Below, one piece after another: positions 1 through 8,704 of a stretch of 64,000 nucleotides of DNA (position 1 is its first letter; every line of letters begins with the position of its first letter). The DNA is from a virus. The notes beneath the pieces are model-generated. The model was not told where the DNA came from, ran no database searches, and was given only the letters and a program-made list of their open reading frames with translations. The translations under genes and the position numbers were made by a program. The stretch is taken from the IMG/VR virus record IMGVR_UViG_3300011116_000574, positions 36,658 to 100,657 of that record; one strand, 5' to 3'.

Positions 1-17
1 GAATTGGGGGGCGGGAA

Positions 18-760
18 TTAAAGTTCCTTATCGTGCTTTTCCCAAGCAATTATAGAACTAAAGATAAGACCTATCATTGAAAACACAAAGCCGACAACAC
101 ACACACCAATTAGAACATCTAACATTAAGACCCCAACTTTTCTACAAGCATTTCCTCATAGTCTACATAGTCTGCTTCCATTAGTTCATCATTGAAATGC
201 CATACCTGATGATTGGGGTCAAATGCAACACCTTCATTTTCAAATTTTACCATTGTGGTGTCAATGTCAATCTCAAACTTATCTGTGTCCTCATCATAAA
301 AAACTACAAAATGATACTGCATTATTCTACTTCCAATCCATAAACATCATACTCAAAATGCTGACTGACTATTTTTAGGTCGTCTGCCATAAGTTCGTCA
401 AAAATCTTTATGGCTTCCTCTTGTGTGTCGGCTTCTATGATGTCCTCAAACTCGGTTACTCGTTTAGATGAAAAATAATAATTTGGCATTACACCACCTT
501 TTCCAAAATCTTAGTTAGTTGTTCTAGTGCTTCTGGCGATAGTTCATCTACCGCTTTCCAATCTATAACTGCTTCCCAATCTATCATTACTGCCCCACTC
601 CAAAATCTGTTGCTACAATTTCAACTGCTTCATCAAGACAGTCAATTAGATTTGCTAATTGTTCTGGGGTCAAATCCTCTACCATAAAACTAGGTAATTC
701 GGACTTCCACGCTATCTGTGAGCGGTAAGTATTGCCACACTCGGCACATTGTTCTGACAT
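18..760 (-). CDS. Operon of five small hypothetical ORFs (587-760, 489-587, 322-489, 125-322, 18-125)
   Basis: Translated by hand. Each stop overlaps the next start as TAATG. The first ORF has an RBS (GAAAGGA) and an array promoter upstream. Confidence 0.75.
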
Positions 761-896
761 TTGTTTTCCTTTCGGTAGGTTTATGTTTCAATGGTACACC
801 ATAGGTCAGACATAAATCAAGGATAATCCAGAGAAATTTTAAGTGTTTCGTAATTGACAACCCCGCAGCAGCGGGGTACCCCGAAGGGTGGTAGAT

Positions 897-1100
897 CTAA
901 CTACCCCACTCTATGCTTACTTGGGCGGAACTACCAAATAGTGCCTGGACAAAACCATTAGCATAGTAACGGTGGTTCTCGTTATCTTTATCAAACTCAA
1001 ATGGAACCTTGCTCAAAAACTCTTGCCAATGGTGGTCTATGTCCTCTGAATAGACAGACCAGTTACCCTCGCGGTATTGGCGACTAATAGTTGCTCTCAT
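897..1100 (-). CDS. hypothetical protein
   Basis: ORF track. ATG at 1100 follows the upstream stop. Confidence 0.7.
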   Translation of the reverse strand: MRATISRQYREGNWSVYSEDIDHHWQEFLSKVPFEFDKDNENHRYYANGFVQALFGSSAQVSIEWGS

Positions 1101-1101
1101 C

Positions 1102-1428
1102 TTATCCCCCAAATAATTCGTTTAGTTTGTCAATGTCGTTGCCGTTCACAATTTCACGCACTTTTTCAGAAACACCGTCAAACTTGCGAACAAAGTAATC
1201 GCCTGTGTCACCGCTTATGCTGTATGTGACAGACTTGGCTTCTGTTGTGTGTTGTGTGTTGTTGTACATAACATCTGAACCAAACTCTAGACGACCAATA
1301 AAGTCAATCATACCTTCGGTAGTAATGTCAGAAAGACCAAAGCCGTATTCACCTGTTTCCAACATCATACGGATAATGTCTGTTTCATCATAGGTTGTTT
1401 CAATTCGGGCGGTAATTTGATAGGTCAT
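1102..1428 (-). CDS. hypothetical protein
   Basis: 108-aa ORF with TAATG coupling to the upstream ORF. Confidence 0.75.
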   Translation of the reverse strand: MTYQITARIETTYDETDIIRMMLETGEYGFGLSDITTEGMIDFIGRLEFGSDVMYNNTQHTTEAKSVTYSISGDTGDYFVRKFDGVSEKVREIVNGNDIDKLNELFGG

Positions 1429-1664
1429 TAGTTTATTTCCTTTTCATAGTTGATGATTGTAAATGATTTTGTTTCCTCGTTGTAAATACACTTTACCATA
1501 AAAGTCATACAATGTAAAGAGATTTTGTAAGTTCTTACTTCTAGGTCATAAAAAAAGTTGTCGCCCTCCCATTCAATAGGGCAAGCGTTCCAAAGAAGTT
1601 CGTGCATAAAACTATCTTTGGATACAGGTTCTAATGTTTCTAGTAATCGTTTCATTTGGCTCAT
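1428..1664 (-). CDS. hypothetical protein, probably leaderless
   Basis: ATG lies 6 nt after the -10 TATTCT, with no SD. Confidence 0.7.
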   Translation of the reverse strand: MSQMKRLLETLEPVSKDSFMHELLWNACPIEWEGDNFFYDLEVRTYKISLHCMTFMVKCIYNEETKSFTIINYEKEIN

Positions 1665-1789
1665 ACATAAAGAATAGCAGGTACATCTGACAAAATCAAG
1701 AATAATTCCAGAGATTTTTTGGCAGCTTCGTAATTTACATTACGAAAGATCGGGTTATCCCGCACCCACCCCAAAGGGTGGGCGGTGGA

Positions 1790-1933
1790 TTAGAGCCACT
1801 CTGTCAAATCACCATCACCATAGTAATCTTGCTTATGACCATCTGCTTCAGCAATTACTTCCCAAAGTTCATCTTCGGTAAAATCGCCATCTGGATACCA
1901 CTCTGCTAGTAATTCATAAACTGCTTTATCCAT
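1790..1933 (-). CDS. small acidic hypothetical protein (MDKAVYELL...)
   Basis: 47 aa translated by hand, TAATG coupling. Confidence 0.65.
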   Translation of the reverse strand: MDKAVYELLAEWYPDGDFTEDELWEVIAEADGHKQDYYGDGDLTEWL

Positions 1934-2118
1934 TAAAATAAATCCTCTACTTCCTCTACTGAATAGCCGTGAGCAAACCTATGAGCAATTACAATACGCA
2001 TACTGTCGGTTGCTTCGTCAATCGCTTCCCACATTTCCTCTGTCCAATCATTGGTGTCTAGCAAGAGAATGCCCTCGCCATCACCATAGTTTCCGTCTGT
2101 TGCGAAATAATGTCCCAT
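1933..2118 (-). CDS. hypothetical protein
   Basis: ORF track, start MGHYF chosen by TAATG overlap. Confidence 0.7.
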   Translation of the reverse strand: MGHYFATDGNYGDGEGILLLDTNDWTEEMWEAIDEATDSMRIVIAHRFAHGYSVEEVEDLF

Positions 2119-2447
2119 TACACTTCCTGCCAAATCATCATACTCTCAAACGAGTAACCATTTACTGTATTTTTAGTTAGGTCAATCTCTACCCACTCTG
2201 ACCAATTATCAAATGTGACTTTAGGATTTACGGCAAAGATACCATAACCTGTTTCATCAAGGATTTCATTTTGGATTAGGTGTGAAATAACCATACGAGT
2301 CCAATAAGAGTGGTCGCCTATTCGTGGTTGTGCGTGGCGAATTGCTTGGGCTAAATCGTGTTCCCAACTGTCTGCCCCCCAATGTGAATAAAGTGCGACT
2401 GCGTGGTCAGTTCCGTCATTGAATACAAAGGTTACTCTAGCACCCAT
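2118..2447 (-). CDS. hypothetical protein (MGAR...LYSHWG type)
   Basis: RBS and array promoter upstream. The MG-R...Y-HW-G pattern is recalled from phage early proteins. Confidence 0.75.
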   Translation of the reverse strand: MGARVTFVFNDGTDHAVALYSHWGADSWEHDLAQAIRHAQPRIGDHSYWTRMVISHLIQNEILDETGYGIFAVNPKVTFDNWSEWVEIDLTKNTVNGYSFESMMIWQEV

Positions 2448-2594
2448 AATTTTCTCTCTTTCGGTAGGTTGATAAATCAAGTGTAGCAGTCTTGTCTGAC
2501 ATTTTCAAGGATAATTCCAGAGATTTTTGAACATCTTCGTACTTGACAACCCCGCAGCAGCGGGGTATCCCGCCTTTCGGCGGGGCTTTAATGG

Positions 2595-2864
2595 TTATTC
2601 CCAGAAGTCCTGTATTTCAGACAAGTCGTTGATACTTTCAATGTTGGCTCGCTCATAGCATAGGTAAAGCGTATTTAGTAAAGCGTGACCAATCATAGAA
2701 GCGGTGTCATAAGAAGCCAAATCTGCTTCTGTTAGATAATCAAAGTCAAATTCTTTTTCTGTTTCTGATAAAGCAAATAGGTATTGCTCTACAAGAGTTT
2801 CAAAGTCAATGAACATCTTGCCCTCGTGAACCATTGAATTTAGTTCGCCGTCTGCTATAAACAT
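2595..2864 (-). CDS. hypothetical acidic protein
   Basis: Single-gene cassette with GAAAGGAAAG RBS. Confidence 0.75.
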   Translation of the reverse strand: MFIADGELNSMVHEGKMFIDFETLVEQYLFALSETEKEFDFDYLTEADLASYDTASMIGHALLNTLYLCYERANIESINDLSEIQDFWE

Positions 2865-2984
2865 TTCTTTCCTTTCGGTAGGTTATGTAATAATCTTAGC
2901 ACACATTACCGACATTTTCCAGAGAAATTTTAACTAATCGTAAATAAGCTGAAAAAGATCGGGGTAGCCCGAAGACCCAGTTTG

Positions 2985-3191
2985 TCAAACTGGGTCGCAG
3001 GTGGTGTAGAAAAATTGGATACTATCCGCAGGAACATAAATTATTTCATCACCTGTTTTTGTTTCAAAAGATAGTAATCCGTTTTCAATACGGAAAGCAT
3101 TGTCTGGGTGAACATCTGGGAACTCATAGGGGTTAGCAATTCCGTTTGGTTGTTCTTTGTAGACAATGTGTAAGTTAGTTTGAAATTCCAT
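2985..3191 (-). CDS. hypothetical protein
   Basis: ORF with GAGGA RBS. Confidence 0.7.
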   Translation of the reverse strand: MEFQTNLHIVYKEQPNGIANPYEFPDVHPDNAFRIENGLLSFETKTGDEIIYVPADSIQFFYTTCDPV

Positions 3192-3296
3192 TTAGTAGTC
3201 CTCTTTCGCTTCTGGTACACTAGCACCGCATAGCATACAGGTTGGGTTGGTTCTGTCTGTTACATTGACAATCGGGTGAACTTTACACTCTTTCAT
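3192..3296 (-). CDS. tiny Cys/His peptide (MKECKVHP...CMLCG)
   Basis: 34 aa translated by hand, fills the gap between whiB and the 2985-3191 ORF. Confidence 0.5.
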   Translation of the reverse strand: MKECKVHPIVNVTDRTNPTCMLCGASVPEAKEDY

Positions 3297-3498
3297 TTTT
3301 CAATAACGCCTTTCGCTCGTCACCGAGTAGACCGCCATAAATACCGTCTACACTTTCATTTGAGAGTGCGAACTCTAAGCACTCTGATTTTACAGGGCAA
3401 GCGTTACACAATGACAACGCCAACGCCCTATCTTTTAGTTTGGCACTAAAAAAGATTTCTGGGTCTGCCTCTAAGCAATTTGCCTTATCCTGAAACAT
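3283..3498 (-). CDS. whiB: WhiB-family Fe-S transcription factor
   Basis: CLEADPEIFF...CNACPVKSECLEFAL...GIYGG...ER gives four Cys plus the G[IV][WY]GG turn. Start MFQDK follows GAAAGG. Confidence 0.93.
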   Translation of the reverse strand: MFQDKANCLEADPEIFFSAKLKDRALALSLCNACPVKSECLEFALSNESVDGIYGGLLGDERKALLKNERV

Positions 3499-3656
3499 AA
3501 TCTGCCTTTCGTTTGTTGGTAATACTATTATGACACACGCCACCGACATTTTTGGTAGCGACACGCACAATTTCAGAGATTTTTTTGGGGCTTCGTAATT
3601 TGACAAACCCCGAAGATCGGGGTACCCCGATCCCCCACGAAGTGGGGGCGGGAAGG

Positions 3657-4124
3657 CTAAAGTCCCAACCCTTCGGCAAGAGAGTTAGCAATTGCTCTAA
3701 CCTCTATTGCCCAATGCTCTGATAAGTCATCTTCAAGCATCTTTTCTGATAAGTCAAAGAGTTGTTTTACATAGTCTGGAACGCTGTCAGGTTGTGTTAC
3801 TAGGTCTTCATCTTCATCAAGCCAAGCATCATCTACATAGTCTTCATCATAGCACCAAGCGGATAGGTGGTGTTGTTCAATGATTGCCCAAGCAGGTGCG
3901 GTTGATTTACCATTTTTGTAGAATACACCTTCAGGCAGTTCAATTTCTAGACTGCCATTGTCTTCATTGTAAGCGTTGATTGCTTCAATACAAGGCTGAA
4001 CCATAGTCAATGGGATTGGTGGATAGTGATTGCTTGTTAGTTGAATAGCAATTTGCTGTTCAAGGCTAATGTCAATACCGTATTCTGATAGACTTGCTAA
4101 GTCGTTTGCTGTGTTGTTACCCAT
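3657..4124 (-). CDS. hypothetical protein (NHYPPIP...IIEQHHL)
   Basis: 155-aa ORF. Confidence 0.75.
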   Translation of the reverse strand: MGNNTANDLASLSEYGIDISLEQQIAIQLTSNHYPPIPLTMVQPCIEAINAYNEDNGSLEIELPEGVFYKNGKSTAPAWAIIEQHHLSAWCYDEDYVDDAWLDEDEDLVTQPDSVPDYVKQLFDLSEKMLEDDLSEHWAIEVRAIANSLAEGLGL

Positions 4125-4129
4125 AAGAG

Positions 4130-4273
4130 TTACCAACCTTTCTTGTGTTTTAGTTTGCGAGTGTAGGCTTTCTTATTTTTATGACCACCGCTTGCGTTGG
4201 AACGGCGTAATTCCAAGCGAGCCTGTAACTGTTCAGGTGTTGCCTGTGTTGCTGTAATCATTTTCTTTTTCAT
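4130..4273 (-). CDS. small basic protein, leaderless (RRSNAS...HKNKKAYTRKLKH)
   Basis: ATG lies 6 nt after TATTCT. 47 aa, very basic. Confidence 0.7.
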   Translation of the reverse strand: MKKKMITATQATPEQLQARLELRRSNASGGHKNKKAYTRKLKHKKGW

Positions 4274-4462
4274 ACCTAAAGAATAGCACACCTCACCGAC
4301 AATTTCCAGCATAACCCAGAGATTTTTTTGGAGTGTCGTAATTTGACAACCCCGCTCTGGCGGGGTATCCCGATCAGCCAGCTTTGTCAAGTCGGCTGTC
4401 GGTGTGTCTAATCTTTTTCGCTAAGAATTATGGCGATAAATTGCAATAGCATATAAATTAGT

Positions 4463-4996
4463 CTATTCATGTGAACCCCTGTAAATTATCCAGATTAGTG
4501 CTTGTGTTGTGCGAGGTGTTAGCCCCATTGCCTTAGCAACATCTTTAACCGCTTGTGCCATTTCGCGGTATTGTGTTTTATTTGGTGCATTGGTATCTAG
4601 TCCACCTGCGTAGCACATCCATACATCTATCGTTACCGCATTTTCATCGCCAGCAATTGCACGAGCGAACGCATTAGTTTTTAAGCCTTTAAGTGCATTG
4701 AACCCTAGCACTAAACTATTTTGTGCCATAACTAAATTGTTTTTTAGTCCTGTCGCTTTTCCTGTGTGTGCGAATTCTAACGCTTGCACAACATTTCTTG
4801 CCCAACGCTGACGAGGTGAGAATGATGAAACAACACTAGCACCATTTTCAATAGTTGCTTTTATGCCACGACTAGCAAGAATACGCACAACATCGTGTGC
4901 CACTAATTCTGCATCTGCATACCATTGCGTAGCCAATTCAATTTGGGTAGCGGTTGCCTTTTTTGCAATTGCGAGGTAGTGGTTGAAGTAATCCAT
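4463..4996 (-). CDS. putative HhH-GPD-like DNA glycosylase-fold protein
   Basis: WY...SP-x2-W-x2-N...K-x2-AF...GD-x2-AVTIDVW...QA-x2-W pattern. Confidence 0.55.
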   Translation of the reverse strand: MDYFNHYLAIAKKATATQIELATQWYADAELVAHDVVRILASRGIKATIENGASVVSSFSPRQRWARNVVQALEFAHTGKATGLKNNLVMAQNSLVLGFNALKGLKTNAFARAIAGDENAVTIDVWMCYAGGLDTNAPNKTQYREMAQAVKDVAKAMGLTPRTTQALIWIIYRGSHE

Positions 4997-5122
4997 TTTT
5001 GCTCTTTTCGGTAGGTTGTAGTAATACTGTACCAGATACCGCCGACATTTTCCAGAGAAATTTTAGGCGTGTCGTAACTTGACAACCCCGCCTTGGCGGG
5101 GTACCCCGAAGGGTGGTGGGAA

Positions 5123-5419
5123 TTAGTTTTCCCAACCAAACAAAGAGCCTTCCGCATAGTCATCAATCATGTAGTCCATGTCACCAGAACCAAAAATAGC
5201 GTTCCAACAGTCACCGCAAGTACCTGTAATAAAGCGTTCACGAACATCAACATCAAAATCAGATAGGACATCTTGAACATAAGCACCTTGATTGTATGCG
5301 TACAGTTTTTCAGGGGAAATCTGAATAGTGATAGTTTCATCACAGGTTGGGCAAACCTTAGAAGTAACTGAATAAGCGGATAGGTCGGCGGTCTTGACAA
5401 TGTTATTTAGAGTGAACAT
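5123..5419 (-). CDS. Zn-ribbon hypothetical protein
   Basis: CPTC...RERFITGTCGDCW. Confidence 0.75.
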   Translation of the reverse strand: MFTLNNIVKTADLSAYSVTSKVCPTCDETITIQISPEKLYAYNQGAYVQDVLSDFDVDVRERFITGTCGDCWNAIFGSGDMDYMIDDYAEGSLFGWEN

Positions 5420-5538
5420 TTTTTCTCCTTTAGGTTAATAGTTTTATTGTAGCATAACGCCCAGACATTTTCTAGAGATTATTTTGTGGTGTCGTAACAA
5501 GGCGAAGCTTGGCGGGGTACCCCGCAGGGTGATTGGGA

Positions 5539-5760
5539 TTATGCATCCCAACCAAAAAGGTATCCCTCAAAGCCCCTGTCCTCGTCACCCTCGTCAACTT
5601 CACAGACACACTCGTCTGTGCCACCGCAACTTGGGCATTCGTTGTCGTAGTCGTAGTCAGAGTATGGGTCATAAGTGTCAAGCAAAGCCTGTGTCCTTTC
5701 ATCCTCAAATTGGTTATTCCAGATTTCCATCATTGTTTCGGCGGTGTAGAACTCATCCAT
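5539..5760 (-). CDS. acidic Cys-containing hypothetical protein
   Basis: GAGGAG RBS. CPSCGGTDECVC. Confidence 0.7.
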   Translation of the reverse strand: MDEFYTAETMMEIWNNQFEDERTQALLDTYDPYSDYDYDNECPSCGGTDECVCEVDEGDEDRGFEGYLFGWDA

Positions 5761-5897
5761 AGGTACTCCTCAAGGTTAGGTTGATAAAATAATTGTAGCA
5801 GGGTGCGGTGACATTTTTCAGAGATTTTTAAGGGGTGTCGTAACAAGGGTTGGAGATCGGGGTACCCCGAAGGGCTGTGCTTGTCAAGCCGACACGC

Positions 5898-6083
5898 CTA
5901 CAAGACATTGTATGTTGCTAAAAAAACAAAAAGAGGGGAAAAACAAATAAGCAACATCAGAGGCAGGTCAAAACGGTATGCCTTGCCATTTGTTTTTTCA
6001 TAATTATCTAGTTCAATAGCACCTAACCAACTAAAACCAAAGGTAATAAGTGATAGTGCCGAAGCGATTAAGATTGTTTCCAT
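5898..6083 (-). CDS. small membrane protein
   Basis: Two hydrophobic segments, AGGAG RBS. Confidence 0.7.
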   Translation of the reverse strand: METILIASALSLITFGFSWLGAIELDNYEKTNGKAYRFDLPLMLLICFSPLFVFLATYNVL

Positions 6084-6092
6084 TTTTTCTCC

Positions 6093-6233
6093 TTATGAGT
6101 AGTAATCGGCTAGAGTGTCAAAGTCTGAATAATAGGCAGGGTCATCATAAGCACCATAGCATTCTGGGCAAAGTAGGTTGCCATTGTTTCCAACATAGTC
6201 CATTTCAATTTCGCAAAATACGCAAAGTTCCAT
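6093..6233 (-). CDS. small Zn-finger-like protein (MELCVFC...CPEC)
   Basis: 46 aa translated by hand, GGAG RBS and promoter. Confidence 0.65.
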   Translation of the reverse strand: MELCVFCEIEMDYVGNNGNLLCPECYGAYDDPAYYSDFDTLADYYS

Positions 6234-6384
6234 TTTTATCTCCGTTCGTTATGCTTCAATTTTAACACAGGCTACTGACATTTTTCCAGAGATTTTTTGA
6301 GTGTGTCGTAACTTGACAAAGATCAAAAACGGGGTACCCCGCAGGGGTCGGCGTGTCAAGTCGACACGCCGAGTGTCTTGTGAA

Positions 6385-6537
6385 TTACCGCAAGGTAATC
6401 CATTTTGTTTCGGTATCAGTTTCCACCAATACACGAACAATTTTATCGCCACTCTTGGTGGTCTGTTCTGCTACATCTAGGGCAACACCTGATGTGTTAC
6501 CGCTTGCTGATGTTACTAGGTCTCCGATTTTTACCAT
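6385..6537 (-). CDS. small beta-rich protein, paralogue 1 (MVKIGDLVTSASGNTSG...KWITLR)
   Basis: Translated by hand. Near-identical to 7487-7672 and 8171-8326. Confidence 0.8.
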   Translation of the reverse strand: MVKIGDLVTSASGNTSGVALDVAEQTTKSGDKIVRVLVETDTETKWITLR

Positions 6538-6548
6538 TTGGTTCTCCT

Positions 6549-6797
6549 TTAGTTTGATGTTGCTATTGTAGCGGATAGGTCTGACAATTCTTGATTTACT
6601 CCGTCAATTTCTCGCTGTAAAGTTTCGGTGAGTTGTCGCTTTCCAAAGCCATTATCTAAGCCAATGGATAAAAGATAACCAACCTTTATCCAACCGTGTA
6701 GGCGGTCAGCGGTTCTTGGGTATTTTATTTTATCCAATTCATACACAGCATTTACTAATTCCTCAGAAAGGTCTGCGAGTAATTTTTTGTCTGTCAT
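6549..6797 (-). CDS. hypothetical protein
   Basis: Start MTDKK after GGAG. Its 3' end overlaps the next promoter. Confidence 0.7.
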   Translation of the reverse strand: MTDKKLLADLSEELVNAVYELDKIKYPRTADRLHGWIKVGYLLSIGLDNGFGKRQLTETLQREIDGVNQELSDLSATIATSN

Positions 6798-6851
6798 TTG
6801 TTTCTCCATTTCGTTTGATGTTTTAATTTTAGCACGAGCCACCGACAAAAA

Positions 6852-6956
6852 TTATTTTTGAGTTGCTTTTGCGATTTGTGCTATTTTTTTGGCATCTGCT
6901 TTACGCTGTTCGTCACGCTCTGCTTTTACCATTTTTTTCCAGTCATCAAAATTCAT
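6852..6956 (-). CDS. small basic helical peptide (MNFDDWKK...)
   Basis: AGGAG RBS, own promoter. Confidence 0.65.
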   Translation of the reverse strand: MNFDDWKKMVKAERDEQRKADAKKIAQIAKATQK

Positions 6957-7113
6957 TTTTTCTCCTATTGGGTTGGTAGTTCTATTATGACAGACACCAC
7001 CGACATTTTTCAAGGATAACTCAGAGATTTTTTGGGCGTGTCGTAACTTGACAAAGATCAAAAACGGGGTACCCCGCCCACCCCACTTTGTCAAGTAGGG
7101 TGGGGTCTTTGGG

Positions 7114-7287
7114 TTAGAACGGAACTTCATCCCAAAGGCTTTCCTGCTCACGCATTTCATCATAGAAAAAATCAGGGTCGCACTCTGGACACATAATCAT
7201 CTCGCACTCGCAAGGGATGCCGTCAAACATCCAATCTGGAGATGAGGTCTTGAAACTGACAGGGGCGGTGAAATCAAAATCTGACAT
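7114..7287 (-). CDS. small acidic Cys protein (MSDFDF...CECEMIMCPEC...DEVPF)
   Basis: 57 aa translated by hand. Confidence 0.65.
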   Translation of the reverse strand: MSDFDFTAPVSFKTSSPDWMFDGIPCECEMIMCPECDPDFFYDEMREQESLWDEVPF

Positions 7288-7486
7288 TTTGAGCCTTTCG
7301 GTTGGTGAATACTAAAATTGTAACACAGGGGGCAGACATAAATCCAGAGAAAAATAAGGTGTGTCGTAACTTGACAAAGATCAGAAAACGGGGTACCCCG
7401 ATCTAATCCAGAGATTTTATTTTATCATCGTAACTAGAAGAATAAGCTGCCCCGCCAGGGGCGAATTTTTTCGCTGTTGAAGTGGA

Positions 7487-7672
7487 TTACCGTAGGGTAA
7501 TCCATTTCATTTCGTTACTGTCAGTTTCCACTAACACGCGAACAATTTTTTCACCAGACTTAGTGGTGAAAGGTTGAACATCAACCGCCACGCCTGAAGT
7601 GTTGCCACTCGCAGAAGTGACGAAATCGCCAACAGTTACATTTTCCAATAATGCTTCAAGAATGTTACCCAT
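7487..7672 (-). CDS. small beta-rich protein, paralogue 2
   Basis: VGDFVTSASGNTSGVAVDV...KWITLR. Confidence 0.8.
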   Translation of the reverse strand: MGNILEALLENVTVGDFVTSASGNTSGVAVDVQPFTTKSGEKIVRVLVETDSNEMKWITLR

Positions 7673-7726
7673 TTTTATCTCCTTTGTTTATGTTTCAATT
7701 GTAGCAGGGGGGACTGACAAAAATTA

Positions 7727-7867
7727 CTAATGTAATTCTGAACAGTCTTTCATAGTACCGTCAAGCAGATACTCTACGCAATAACCGCAAACTGTGTTTA
7801 GGTCACATACAGGGCAAGATACCCACTCTGACCACTCATCACAAAACATTGAACAATAATCTAACAT
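7727..7867 (-). CDS. small Cys-rich protein
   Basis: Translated by hand, CPVC...CGYC. GAGG RBS and promoter. Confidence 0.6.
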   Translation of the reverse strand: MLDYCSMFCDEWSEWVSCPVCDLNTVCGYCVEYLLDGTMKDCSELH

Positions 7868-8014
7868 TTGAACCTCTTTTCTTTATACCAAAATTGTACC
7901 ACGCACCACCGACAAAAATTGAAACGACACGCCCAAACCCAGAGAATTTGACAAGGCTTCGTAACTGTGATAAAATTTTTGCCCCTGGCGGGGCGAAATT
8001 TTCGCCCCACTTTT

Positions 8015-8104
8015 TTATCGGTCTTTTAGAATTCCAAAAGCGATTACGAATAGGGCTAGGGGTACGAACATTACGAACTCTGAGTGAATAAAGTTGTGTA
8101 GCAT
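8015..8104 (-). CDS. 29-aa membrane peptide
   Basis: MLHNFIHSEFVMFVPLALFVIAFGILKDR, with its own promoter. Confidence 0.55.
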   Translation of the reverse strand: MLHNFIHSEFVMFVPLALFVIAFGILKDR

Positions 8105-8170
8105 TTTATCTCTTTTCTTTTTGGTTATGGAATTAGTTTAGCGGATAGGTGTGACATTTTTTGAGGTGGA

Positions 8171-8326
8171 CTACCGTAGGGTAATCCACTTCAATTCGTT
8201 ATCTTTAGTTTCAACCAAAACTCTAACGATTTTTTCGCCAGCCTTAGTTGTCATAGGGTTCACCTCTACGGCTACGCCTGAAGTGTTGCCACTTGCCGAT
8301 GTTACCAAATCGCCGATGTTTGTCAT
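8171..8326 (-). CDS. small beta-rich protein, paralogue 3
   Basis: MTNIGDLVTSASGNTSG...KWITLR, AAGGAG RBS. Confidence 0.8.
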   Translation of the reverse strand: MTNIGDLVTSASGNTSGVAVEVNPMTTKAGEKIVRVLVETKDNELKWITLR

Positions 8327-8532
8327 TTGCGACTCCTTTTCTTTTTGTTGATAAATCAATAGTACCATACGCCACCGACATTTTTTGACAGACACGCCGA
8401 CAAAATAGATCCAAATTGTATACAATGTTTTTTGCGACACGCCGTCAGAGAATTTGACAACCGCTCGTAAATAAGCTAAAATTTTTGCCCCTGGCGGGGC
8501 GAAATTTTTTCGCTATTTTTTTCGGCGGGCGA

Positions 8533-8649
8533 TTATGATTTTTCCTCGCTCTCTTTACTATCTGCACACGCAGAATAAATAAATACGAATGGCATTGATG
8601 CGAATACGATTACGGATACGGTTAGGGTTATGTTTAGTAGTGTTAGCAT
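8533..8649 (-). CDS. 38-aa membrane peptide
   Basis: Translated by hand, own promoter. Confidence 0.55.
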   Translation of the reverse strand: MLTLLNITLTVSVIVFASMPFVFIYSACADSKESEEKS

Positions 8650-8704
8650 TTTTTCTCTTTTCGTTAGGTTGATGTTTCAATTGTAGGGGATAGGTACGAC
8701 ATTT

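Noticed and set aside
3485-8440. ORF-track entries that run across the intergenic scaffolds (e.g. 3485-3691, 4903-5166, 5472-5708, 6249-6452, long starts of 4130, 6852, 8171)
   Set aside because: They translate the repeat itself. True starts lie downstream of the promoter/RBS.
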